Shown piece by piece: positions 1 to 7,955 of a DNA stretch of 29,993 nt. The position numbers and the translations under genes are program-made. How positions within the stretch are numbered: the first letter of the stretch is position 1; every line of letters starts with the position of its first letter. Below the pieces are notes generated by a model, which saw only the letters and a list, made by a program, of their open reading frames with translations, was not told the DNA's origin and did no database searches. Source of the stretch: Gemmatimonadales bacterium (GTDB lineage: Bacteria > Gemmatimonadota > Gemmatimonadetes > Gemmatimonadales > GWC2-71-9); the NCBI GenBank assembly GCA_035249765.1, contig DATFGC010000176.1, forward strand, positions 1 through 29,993, in the 5' to 3' direction.

Positions 1-307
1 GATCAATCCCTGGTACAGCAACATTGATCTCCGGATCCTTCAGGATCTTGCATTCGGCTCGGGAGCCCGCCGGCACACTTTCCAGCTCAGCGTCGACATG
101 CTCAACTTCGCCAACCTCTTCAATTCGAGCTGGGGCGTCCGGAAGGTCGCGAATCCCGCGGCGACCTCGCCGCTCCGGTTTGTGGATTTCGACGCCAGCG
201 GCGCCCCGCGGTTCAATTTCACCGGACCGGCGGAGACCTTCATCGACAATCCCAGCCTGCTCTCCCGCTGGAGAATGCAGGTGGGGCTACGGTATTTCAT
301 TCAGTAG
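1..307 (+). CDS. TonB-dependent receptor (Oar-like), C-terminal fragment, 5'-truncated by window edge
   Basis: Frame open from position 2: INPWYSNIDLRILQDLAF...FQLSVDMLNFANLFNSSWG...SRWRMQVGLRYFIQ*. The ending resembles the last beta-strand of Oar-type TonB-dependent receptors. Confidence 0.7.
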   Translation, partial: INPWYSNIDLRILQDLAFGSGARRHTFQLSVDMLNFANLFNSSWGVRKVANPAATSPLRFVDFDASGAPRFNFTGPAETFIDNPSLLSRWRMQVGLRYFIQ

Positions 308-319
308 GCGCTGGCGCGG

Positions 320-380
320 GTGAGCGGTGAGCGGTTAGCGGTGAGCGGGGGGCGGAGCTTCCCGCTCACCGCTCAACGCT
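320..380. repeat. Inverted heptamer array (GTGAGCG)x4 ... (CGCTCAM)x2
   Basis: gtgagcg gtgagcg gttagcg gtgagcg at 320-347, then cgctcac cgctcaa cgct at 363-380, just after the receptor stop codon. Confidence 0.9.
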
Positions 381-484
381 TACTGCTCACCTACCAGTAT
401 GCCGCTCTTGCGGCTATCTTTACCCATCTCATAACTCATTGCAGCACTTGACGCTTCGCCTCGCCGGGCGGGGCCGGGAGCCGG

Positions 485-1108
485 ATGAAGCTGGTCACCA
501 AGTCGCTCGAACGCGGGTTTTTCGCGGTGACCAATCCGATCTCGGAGTGGCTGCTCCGGGCGCACGTGCGGCCCAACACCCTGACCACCGCCGGCGCCCT
601 GCTGGTGGTGATCTCCGCGGTGGCCTACGCATTCGGGTGGATTCGCACCGGAGGCATCCTGCTGCTCGCCTCCGGCGTGGTGGACACCTTCGACGGGCAG
701 GTGGCGCGTCGCGGCGGCATGGTCTCCAAATTCGGGGCGTTCTACGATTCGACCCTCGACCGGGTCGGAGATGGCGCCACCTTCATCGGGATCGCCGCCT
801 ACCTGCTGTACGCGCCCGACGTCGCCTGGCGGGTGGAGACGGCGGTGCTCTGCATGGTCGCGGTGCTGAGCTCGCTGCTGGTCTCCTATGCCCGGGCCCG
901 GGCCGAAGGCCTGGGCATCGACTGCAAGGTGGGGATCGTGCAGCGGGCCGAGCGGCTGCTCGCCATCGGGGTGCCCTCGGTGCTGGTGGGCGCGGGACCC
1001 CGGGGCATCGTGCTCCAGGTCATCGTGGCCCTGCTGGCGGTGCTCTCCACCGTGACCGTGATTCAGCGGTTCGTGTATGTGTATCGGGTGACCCGCGACC
1101 CCGCCTAG
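485..1108 (+). CDS. CDP-alcohol phosphatidyltransferase, probably phosphatidylinositol-phosphate synthase type
   Basis: Family motif DxxDGxxARx8GxxxDxxxD (DTFDGQVARRGGMVSKFGAFYDSTLDR), hydrophobic helices, YARARAEGLG segment, directly upstream of ino1. Confidence 0.85.
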   Translation: MKLVTKSLERGFFAVTNPISEWLLRAHVRPNTLTTAGALLVVISAVAYAFGWIRTGGILLLASGVVDTFDGQVARRGGMVSKFGAFYDSTLDRVGDGATFIGIAAYLLYAPDVAWRVETAVLCMVAVLSSLLVSYARARAEGLGIDCKVGIVQRAERLLAIGVPSVLVGAGPRGIVLQVIVALLAVLSTVTVIQRFVYVYRVTRDPA

Positions 1109-1151
1109 GCGGGTCGCTGCCTCATGGAACTTCGGAAAGGATTCTGACGCA

Positions 1152-2486
1152 ATGGCCGAGACGACTCCCCGCACCATCGCTCCCGCCAAGGGCAAGCTCG
1201 GAGTGCTCTGCGTGGGGCTCGGCGCGGTGGCCTCCACCTTCATCGCCGGGGTGGAGCTGGCGCGCCGGGGCAAGGCGCGCCCGATCGGCTCCCTGACCCA
1301 GCTCGCCACCATTCGGCTGGGCAAGCGCACCGAGAACCGGACCCCCCTGATCCGGGATTTTGTGCCGCTGGCCGGCCTCGGGGATCTGGTCTTCGGCGCG
1401 TGGGATCCGATCCCGGACAATGCCTACGAGTCCTGCCTCAAGTGCGGGGTGCTGGACAAGTACGAGCATGTCGAGCCGATCCGGGAATTCCTCCAGGGCA
1501 TCGTACCGATCCCCGCGGTGTTCGACCAGTACTACGTCAAACGGCTCTCGGGACGGAACCTCAAGCCGGGGAAGTCCAAGCGGGAATGGGCCGAGGCGCT
1601 GCGCCAGGATATCCGGCAATTCAAGCAGGCCAACGGGTGCGACCGGCTGGTCGTGGTGTGGTGCGCTTCGACCGAGATCTTCATTCAGCCCGGCGCCAGC
1701 CATCAGACCCTGGCCGCCTTCGAGCAGGCCATGGACGCCGACGACGTGTCCATCGCCCCCTCGATGCTGTATGCCTGGGCCGCCCTGATGGAAGGGGTGC
1801 CCTTCGCGAACGGGGCGCCCAATCTGACCCTGGACTTCCCTGCGCTGGAGCAGCTCGCCCTCGACCGGCGGGTCGCCATCGGCGGCAAGGACTTCAAAAC
1901 CGGCCAGACCATGCTCAAGACCGTGCTCTCGCCGATGTTCAAGGCGCGGATGCTCGGGGTGGCGGGCTGGTACTCGACCAACATCCTGGGCAACCGGGAC
2001 GGCGAGGTGCTGGACGATCCGGAGAGCTTCAAGACCAAGGAAGAATCCAAGCTCGGCGTCCTGGAGTACATCCTCCAGCCCAAGATGTATCCCGAGCTGT
2101 ACGGCGAGCTTTACCACAAGGTGCGAATCAACTACTACCCTCCGCGGGGCGACAACAAGGAGGGATGGGACAACATCGACATCTTCGGGTGGTGCGGCTA
2201 CCCGATGCAGATCAAAGTGGACTTCCTCTGCCGGGACTCGATCCTCGCGGCGCCCCTGGTGCTCGACCTGGCGCTGTTCTTCGATCTGGCCCAGCGGGCG
2301 GGGTTTTCCGGGGTGCAGGAGTGGCTCTCGTTCTATTTCAAGAGTCCCCAGGTGGGACCGGGACTCTATCCCGAGCACGATCTGTTCATTCAGCATACCA
2401 AGCTCAAGAACACCCTGCGCTACCTGATGGGGGAGGAGCAGATAACCCATCTGGGGGTGGAGTACTATGAGTACGGGAAGGAGTGA
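1152..2486 (+). CDS. ino1: myo-inositol-1-phosphate synthase
   Basis: Rossmann GLGAVA, NGAPN, GKDFKTGQT, NILGNRDG and DSILAAP motifs; 444 aa. Confidence 0.95.
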   Translation: MAETTPRTIAPAKGKLGVLCVGLGAVASTFIAGVELARRGKARPIGSLTQLATIRLGKRTENRTPLIRDFVPLAGLGDLVFGAWDPIPDNAYESCLKCGVLDKYEHVEPIREFLQGIVPIPAVFDQYYVKRLSGRNLKPGKSKREWAEALRQDIRQFKQANGCDRLVVVWCASTEIFIQPGASHQTLAAFEQAMDADDVSIAPSMLYAWAALMEGVPFANGAPNLTLDFPALEQLALDRRVAIGGKDFKTGQTMLKTVLSPMFKARMLGVAGWYSTNILGNRDGEVLDDPESFKTKEESKLGVLEYILQPKMYPELYGELYHKVRINYYPPRGDNKEGWDNIDIFGWCGYPMQIKVDFLCRDSILAAPLVLDLALFFDLAQRAGFSGVQEWLSFYFKSPQVGPGLYPEHDLFIQHTKLKNTLRYLMGEEQITHLGVEYYEYGKE

Positions 2487-2559
2487 GCGGTAAGCGGTGA
2501 GCGGTAAGCGGTGACAGGGATAAAGCCTTCCCGCTCACCGCTCACCGCTCACCGCTCAC
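2483..2559. repeat. Inverted heptamer array (GTRAGCG)x4 ... (CGCTCAC)x4
   Basis: Units at 2483-2510 (the first contains the ino1 TGA) and 2532-2559; same family as 320-380. Confidence 0.9.
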
Positions 2560-2569
2560 CCGACAACGC

Positions 2570-2860
2570 ATGAAGTATTTCCATCGAACCTCCTTGCCCC
2601 CCGACGCCGTGATTCGCCGCGCGGCGGGATTTTTCTCGCCCTCGCTCGCGCCGGTGGAGGAGGGCCCCCGGCGGCGCCGGTTCTCGGGGGCGCTGGGGCA
2701 GCTGGTGGTGCTGGTAGAGCCCGAAGGCGGGCACTATACCCGGGTCACCGTCGAAACCAACCAGCCGGGCGAGAGCGAGCTGGACCGCCGGGCCAAGCGG
2801 TTTCTCGCCGAGGTACACGCCGAGGCCGAGCCGGGCCACGTGGTCCGGGGAGCCTACTGA
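2570..2860 (+). CDS. Hypothetical protein (96 aa)
   Basis: ATG start, typical GC3-rich codon usage, fills the gap after ino1; no family recognised. Confidence 0.7.
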   Translation: MKYFHRTSLPPDAVIRRAAGFFSPSLAPVEEGPRRRRFSGALGQLVVLVEPEGGHYTRVTVETNQPGESELDRRAKRFLAEVHAEAEPGHVVRGAY

Positions 2861-2895
2861 CTGGCCGGAGTTCGGTCCGGCGCAATTTCGCACGC

Positions 2896-2924
2896 TTGCG
2901 GCACTCGTGATGGGTTGATACCCT
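2896..2924 (+). promoter_or_regulatory. sigma70-like promoter upstream of RNA motif copy A
   Basis: TTGCGG (2896-2901) - 17 nt - TACCCT (2919-2924). Confidence 0.5.
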
Positions 2925-2940
2925 GACTCTATCCAATGGC

Positions 2941-3042
2941 GCTCGGGCAACTGGCCCGGGCCGCCTTGGCGGATGGAGGCAGTGGATTCAGTCCGTCGAA
3001 GGCGCGCACGGCGCTCCCCCCGGGAGTGCGGTCGCGCCTTTT
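2941..3042 (+). ncRNA. Candidate structured leader/sRNA motif, copy A
   Basis: P0 2941-2948/2954-2961; P1 GCCUU-GGCGGA / UCCGUC-G-AAGGC (2963-3003); overlapping terminator-like hairpin AAGGCGCG/CGCGCCUU followed by UU (2999-3042). Shares cores with 4835-4930 and 8749-8847. Confidence 0.5.
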
Positions 3043-3084
3043 TGACGTCGCTGCCCAGACCAACTTTTTCTGGAGGATCGCTCC

Positions 3085-3519
3085 ATGCTGAAGCTTACCG
3101 CGCTCGCGGCTCTGGCCGGAGTTTCCCTGGTGGGATTGCCCCTGGTGGGTGACAAGCAGTGGAAGGCCTCGCTCGCCGGGCGCAACGGATCGCCGATCGA
3201 AGGGACCGCCGAAGTGGATGCCAAGTCCGCGGACTCCACCAGGATGGACGTCGAGATCAAGAAGGCCGTCGCGTCCACCAGTTACGCCTGGCACATGCAC
3301 AACGGGAACTGCGCGGCGAACGGATCGGTGGTAGGAGCCATGGACGCTTACCCGATGCTCAAGACCGATGAGAAGGGCTCCGGAGAGATCGAGGTGACTC
3401 TGGCTCTGCCCGCGCCCTCCGCCGGCGAGTATTCGGTGCACGTGCATGCGCCCAGCGCCGATACCGCCGCTGCTGGACAGGCGGTTGCCTGCGGCGATTT
3501 GAAGCCCGCGGAGAAGTAG
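3085..3519 (+). CDS. Secreted Cu/Zn-SOD-like / CHRD-like beta-sandwich protein
   Basis: Signal-peptide-like N-terminus; WHMH-NGNC ... SVHVH ... VACGDL pattern; GGAGG RBS upstream. Confidence 0.75.
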   Translation: MLKLTALAALAGVSLVGLPLVGDKQWKASLAGRNGSPIEGTAEVDAKSADSTRMDVEIKKAVASTSYAWHMHNGNCAANGSVVGAMDAYPMLKTDEKGSGEIEVTLALPAPSAGEYSVHVHAPSADTAAAGQAVACGDLKPAEK

Positions 3520-3656
3520 GAGGGGAAGAGGAGAAGGAGAAGGAGGGAAAAAGATAGGCCCCGCCGACCACGGACCGGGGAGGTCACGTGGACGGCGGTA
3601 GGGCGAGCGCCTCGCGAGGGTAGGGAGCGAGTCGTCGGGCCTATCGAACTACTCTA

Positions 3657-4187
3657 TTACGCCTGCCGGAGAATGGGCCCCTGGTGGAGCCGGACGTCGT
3701 TCGATTCCGCCGGGGCGTCCATGGGCTCATCCAGCCGCCCGAGGGTCTCGATGGTGTTGCGCTCCTCCTGGAGCGAGTCGGCCAGCAGATCCGCAACGGT
3801 GCGCTGTCCCAGCAGCTTGGCATAGGCAATCGCGCGGCTGTAGGTGGCCATCGCGTAGCGGGCGACCCGCTGCGCGCTGGCCACCGTGGCCGCATCCAGG
3901 AAAACCCCGCGCCCACCGCGCCGCGCGGCCCGGTCCGCTTCATCCAGAAAGGACTGGATGCCGGGACAGTAAGCCCCGCGCGGAGGTTTCCCGAGGGCGG
4001 CGAACGCTTCGCCGAGCCGGTCGATCTGGCGCTCGGTTTCCTGGAACTGATCCGACAGGGCGAGGCGCAGGGAGAGCGAGGTGGTCTGCCAGATCAGCTT
4101 GGGCAGCTCGGCGGCGAACTGCCGCTCCGCCCCGTAGATCTCCCGCAACTGATCTTCCAGCAGGTCTTCCATCGTCTCGATCTGCAC
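3657..4187 (-). CDS. DUF892 (YciE/YciF) ferritin-like protein, degenerate metal site
   Basis: GTG start with GGAG RBS; DQLREIYGAERQ...LPK...QETERQIDRL...CPGI...LDAA...AKLLG...LLADSLQEE pattern. Confidence 0.85.
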   Translation of the reverse strand: MQIETMEDLLEDQLREIYGAERQFAAELPKLIWQTTSLSLRLALSDQFQETERQIDRLGEAFAALGKPPRGAYCPGIQSFLDEADRAARRGGRGVFLDAATVASAQRVARYAMATYSRAIAYAKLLGQRTVADLLADSLQEERNTIETLGRLDEPMDAPAESNDVRLHQGPILRQA

Positions 4188-4233
4188 GGTCTCCTGCTCC
4201 TCTCCGGTCGGTGGGTTGCGTCCTGCTATGACT

Positions 4234-4479
4234 TCAGGCGCTGTTACGGCGCCGCTTGTCGTCGAGATACCGGATCTGGGTGGACGGGGCGGTTCGGCCT
4301 CCCCGAACGGTCTTGACCGATGTCAGCCTCAGCTGCCCGTCCTGGTTGGGAAGCACCAGGCGCCGGCGCCAGTCCCCCTTGATCAGCTCCTCCGGGACCA
4401 CCGGCGCTCCAGCATCCCGTACCGGCTCCTTCCGGTCGTTCCCAGTCTCGGCGGGCTGCTGGTCGGGTGGCTTCCGCAT
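4234..4479 (-). CDS. Hypothetical small protein (81 aa)
   Basis: ATG preceded by GAGAGG; starts 9 nt after the stop of the DUF1328-like gene and sits in the same-strand run with DUF892. Confidence 0.5.
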   Translation of the reverse strand: MRKPPDQQPAETGNDRKEPVRDAGAPVVPEELIKGDWRRRLVLPNQDGQLRLTSVKTVRGGRTAPSTQIRYLDDKRRRNSA

Positions 4480-4488
4480 AACCTCTCG

Positions 4489-4668
4489 CTACGACGCCGG
4501 CTTCCGGCCGGTGACCGCTTCGAGGAGAAGGGTCACGCAGAAAACCAGAACCAGCACATAAGCCACGGAGCGGTTGATGTCTCCGAAATCGGCGGCGGCG
4601 CGGCTGAATCCGATCACCGCTGCGACCAAGGCCACGACCAGTGATGCCAGCGCCAGACGAATCAGCAT
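4489..4668 (-). CDS. DUF1328/UPF0391 (YtjA-like) small membrane protein, 59 aa, absent from the ORF track
   Basis: Hand translation: MLIRLALASLVVALVAAVIGFSRAAADFGDINRSVAYVLVLVFCVTLLLEAVTGRKPAS*. Two hydrophobic helices, ALVAAVIGF motif, GGGGGA RBS. Confidence 0.75.
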   Translation of the reverse strand: MLIRLALASLVVALVAAVIGFSRAAADFGDINRSVAYVLVLVFCVTLLLEAVTGRKPAS

Positions 4669-4834
4669 ATTCCCCCCAGAGGGCCCGGTGTCCGATCAGG
4701 ATGGGCCGGCGAAAGTACGAGGGCGCGAAGGACCCCCGGCCTGCAGGAATCCCCTCGCGCCCTCGACTTCCAGAGCCGCTTCGCTCCGGCCGACAGGGCA
4801 ACCCGCACCGCTCTGCGAGCGCCATGTTTGTACG

Positions 4835-4930
4835 AAAAAAGGCGCCACCGCGTCTCAATCGACGGGTAGCGCCTTCGTCTGATGGTTCTGCTGCTCCATC
4901 CGACAAGGCTGACGCCCTGGTTCCGGCGTC
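4835..4930 (-). ncRNA. Candidate structured leader/sRNA motif, copy C
   Basis: On the minus strand: P0 GACGCC/GGCGUC; P1 GCCUU-GUC-G-GAUGG / CCAUC-A-GAC-G-AAGGC; terminator-like AAGGCGCUACC/GGUGGCGCCUU ending in a U6 run. Confidence 0.55.
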
Positions 4931-4940
4931 TGCTCGAATC

Positions 4941-4969
4941 ATTCTACAAACTTGAGTTCCACCACGCAA
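4941..4969 (-). promoter_or_regulatory. sigma70-like promoter for motif copy C / DUF1328 cluster
   Basis: Minus strand TTGCGT (4969-4964) - 17 nt - TAGAAT (4946-4941). Confidence 0.65.
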
Positions 4970-4980
4970 GCCCCCAACTT
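4952..4980 (+). promoter_or_regulatory. sigma70-like promoter of the histidine kinase (probably leaderless)
   Basis: TTGAGT (4952-4957) - 17 nt - CAACTT (4975-4980), 5 nt before ATG 4986; no SD. Confidence 0.45.
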
Positions 4981-4985
4981 CGAGC

Positions 4986-7955
4986 ATGATTCCGCCCGAA
5001 CGAACCCAGGAACGGCGGGAAGTGACCGACATTCGGCCAGTCCCCCCGACTGCGCGCTGGCGGCCGTTCTGGACGGCGAGTGGATGGGCCCTGATCGCCA
5101 TGGGCGGAGCTGCGGTCATCGGGTGGATTCTCACCGTCCGGATCCTGGTCCAGCCCATCGAAACCCGGGCTCCCCTTCGTCCGGCGGCCGCGCTCGGACT
5201 CTTTGCCCTCGGTGTGGCGGCGCTGGCCTTCGATCGGGGACTCCGCCGCACCGCGCTGGTTCTGGCCACCACCGGCGCGGGCATCGGTCTCATCGGTCTC
5301 TTCGAGCTGGTCACCGGCAGCAGTCTTGGCCTCGACGGGCTTCCCCTTCGTCCCGACCTCGAAGCGCTGATTGGGAGGCCTGGTTCGTCTCAGGTGCCGT
5401 TCTCCACTGCCTGGGGGCTTATTCTGGGCGGCGCCGGCATCGTCGCAGTCGTTACCGGTCTCAAGCGGCCCTCCGGCGCCTTCGTCGTCGGCGTCATCGC
5501 ATCCGTCCTCGGCGCGCTCGGGTTTGCCCTGTTGCTGGCCCAGGCGATCGGGTTCTCGCCCGGGATCCAGTTCGGTCCGGTGGTGGGATCGGGCCCGCAG
5601 GCGGCGATCGGCCTCTTGTTGCTCGGCCTCGCGTTGGGATCGTCCGCCTGGACCCGGGACTGGACTCCCGCCACCTACCCCGCGTGGATTCCGCCGGCTG
5701 CGGGACTCGCCAGTCTCACGGCGGTGCTGTTCCTCTGGCGGGCCATGATTCAGGGACAGGATGCCGACGCCCGCACCCTCCTGGCGGCGGCGGCGGAGCG
5801 CGCCGAGACCCGGATCGGGGAGGGCATCAACCTGGTGAACTCCGCCCTTCGGCGGGTGGCCTGGTTCTCCTTTCCCTCGGTGGTCGGCACCGAGGAGTGG
5901 AACCGCTCGGTCCAGACCATGGTCAGCTCGGTGCCGGGGATGAGCGGCATCGCCTGGGTCGACGGCAACGGCAGTCGGGCCCTCCTGGTGCCGGTGCCGG
6001 AAGATTCTCTGACCCTGGTGACGCAGCTCAAGCTTCAGGTGGCGTCGCGCTCACCGCCGGCGCTGAGCCGTCCCGATTCGGTCTGGCATTTTTCGCTGGC
6101 GGATTCGGCCCAGACGCTGGGGATCGCGGTGCCCCGCTGCGATCTCTCGACCTGCGATGGTTTCGTGATCGGACTGATCCGGGGTGACCGGCTGCTCCAG
6201 CCGATCCTGGCGGACACCGTGGACGGCTACCATCGCATGGTCTCCTGGCGAGGCCGGACCATCGTGACATCGGGATTCGGGCCAGCCCGAGGCAGTGAGA
6301 TGGTTCATCGCGGCTTGATGTCGGTGGATGAAATGGCCTGGGAGGTGGTGGTCTGGCCCACCGGTGGAGGCTCTCCCGGTCCGGGGGGAGGTCTCTCCGG
6401 CCTGGTCCTCGCGTTCGGCCTGCTGCTTTCCGGGTTGCTCCCCGTCTCGCTCCAGCTGGGCCGGACGCTCCAGACCAATGCTCGCACCGCCGAGCTGGCC
6501 CGGCTCCAGCTCCTGCTGGGACGCTCGATGGACCGGGCCTGGTCCTGGGAAGTTCCCGCCCGCGCCGACGGCGAGCCCGCGCTCGAGTCCTCCACCCGCG
6601 GACAGGAGCTCCGCAAGGGGCGCTGGACCGAGCTGGTGCACCCCGACGACCGGCGCAGGGTCGAAGCGCTGCTTTCCGCCCATCTCGACGGCTGGAGCCA
6701 CGTCTTCGAGGCGCAGTACCGGATTCAGGACGCCGCCGGCGAGTGGAGCTGGCGGGTCGACCGGGGGCACGTATCCGAGCGGGGGCCCTACGGGACTCCG
6801 CTGCAGATGCTCGGAGTGAGCGGAGACGTCAGCGAACGCCGGCGGGTGGATGAGGAACGGGAACGCAGCGAGCGGCGGTTCCGGGCCATGTTCGACAGTG
6901 CCTATCAGTTCCAGGCGCTGCTCGACCTTGAGTGCCGGATCCTGGAAGCCAATCCCACCGCGCTCGAGCTGCTGCGGAACGAGACCAGCATCGACGCCCT
7001 GCGCGGGGTGGCGTTCTGGGACGCGGGCTGGTGGCCCGGCCCCGACGCCTCGGCCTGGGCCAGGACCGCCTGCGAGGCCGCGAAGTCGGGGCGCATCGTC
7101 AAGCAGGAGCTGGAAATGGCGACCCGCACCGGCCAGCGGGTGGTGATGGATTTCTCGGTCAAGGCGATTCGCGACGCGGAAGGCCGGGTGGCCCAGCTCC
7201 TGGTGGAAGGGCGGGACATTACCGCCCGGCGCCGCGCCGAGGCCGAGCTGCGGGAGGTGGAGACCCTGACCACGATGGGCAGGATCGCGGCCCGGGTGGC
7301 GCACGAGATCAATAATCCGCTGGCCGGCATCCAGAATTCGTTCCTGCTGCTCCGCGACGCGATCCCGACCGACCATCCCCACTATGCCTACGTCGGCGCG
7401 ATTGAGCGGGAGATCCGGCGGATCGCCGACGTCACCCGGCAGCTCTACGAGACCTACCGCCCCGATACCGACGGCACCGGACAGTCCGGCGTCCGCACTC
7501 TGATCGGCGACGCAGTCGCCTTCCTGCAGCAGGTCAACCGTCCCACCAAGGTCCGGATCCACGCCGAGCTCGTGGGAGTCCCCTCGCTGGTCGCGATTCC
7601 CGAGTCGGTGCTCCGGCAATCGGTGTACAACCTGGTCCAGAACGCCGTCGAAGCCTCGCCCCCCGGCGGCCTGGTGACGGTCCGGGCCCACACGGAGAAC
7701 GGCTATTTTGTACTCCGGGTCCGCGACCAGGGCCCCGGTGTGCCGGCCGCCGCGCGCGGCCGGATCTTCGAGCCCTTCGTCACCACCAAGGGACGGGGTG
7801 CCGCGACCGGGGGCATGGGCATAGGATTGTCTCTGGTGCGCCGGTCGGTCGAAGCGATGGGCGGCACCATCGAGATCGAGGACCCGCCCGATGGCGGGGC
7901 CGAATTCGTCATCAGAATCCCCGTCGCTCAGGCGACGAACGGAGGCAACTCGTGA
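4986..7955 (+). CDS. Membrane-bound PAS-domain sensor histidine kinase
   Basis: Multi-TM N-terminus, extracytoplasmic segment, two PAS-like regions (VHPDDR...YRI; LDLECRILEAN), H-box AHEINNPL, N-box NLVQNA, G1 DQGPG, F/G2 FEPFVTTK..GMGIGL. Confidence 0.93.
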   Translation: MIPPERTQERREVTDIRPVPPTARWRPFWTASGWALIAMGGAAVIGWILTVRILVQPIETRAPLRPAAALGLFALGVAALAFDRGLRRTALVLATTGAGIGLIGLFELVTGSSLGLDGLPLRPDLEALIGRPGSSQVPFSTAWGLILGGAGIVAVVTGLKRPSGAFVVGVIASVLGALGFALLLAQAIGFSPGIQFGPVVGSGPQAAIGLLLLGLALGSSAWTRDWTPATYPAWIPPAAGLASLTAVLFLWRAMIQGQDADARTLLAAAAERAETRIGEGINLVNSALRRVAWFSFPSVVGTEEWNRSVQTMVSSVPGMSGIAWVDGNGSRALLVPVPEDSLTLVTQLKLQVASRSPPALSRPDSVWHFSLADSAQTLGIAVPRCDLSTCDGFVIGLIRGDRLLQPILADTVDGYHRMVSWRGRTIVTSGFGPARGSEMVHRGLMSVDEMAWEVVVWPTGGGSPGPGGGLSGLVLAFGLLLSGLLPVSLQLGRTLQTNARTAELARLQLLLGRSMDRAWSWEVPARADGEPALESSTRGQELRKGRWTELVHPDDRRRVEALLSAHLDGWSHVFEAQYRIQDAAGEWSWRVDRGHVSERGPYGTPLQMLGVSGDVSERRRVDEERERSERRFRAMFDSAYQFQALLDLECRILEANPTALELLRNETSIDALRGVAFWDAGWWPGPDASAWARTACEAAKSGRIVKQELEMATRTGQRVVMDFSVKAIRDAEGRVAQLLVEGRDITARRRAEAELREVETLTTMGRIAARVAHEINNPLAGIQNSFLLLRDAIPTDHPHYAYVGAIEREIRRIADVTRQLYETYRPDTDGTGQSGVRTLIGDAVAFLQQVNRPTKVRIHAELVGVPSLVAIPESVLRQSVYNLVQNAVEASPPGGLVTVRAHTENGYFVLRVRDQGPGVPAAARGRIFEPFVTTKGRGAATGGMGIGLSLVRRSVEAMGGTIEIEDPPDGGAEFVIRIPVAQATNGGNS

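Noticed and set aside
320-2559. Tandem 7-mer arrays as a possible CRISPR
   Set aside because: Units abut with no unique 25-40 nt spacers, and no cas genes are present.
2992-3010. CGAAGGCGC resembles the glycine riboswitch core CCGAAGGNGCA
   Set aside because: No GGAGAG before it or CUCUCAGG after it, and no glycine-related genes downstream.
3521-3550. Polypurine GAGAAG run after the SOD-like gene
   Set aside because: Short low-complexity tract with no inverted partner or second copy.
3598-3615. GTAG-type REP-like palindrome (GTAG GGCGAG-CGC-CTCGC)
   Set aside because: Single short copy in a convergent gap, and no RAYT transposase in the window; too weak to call.
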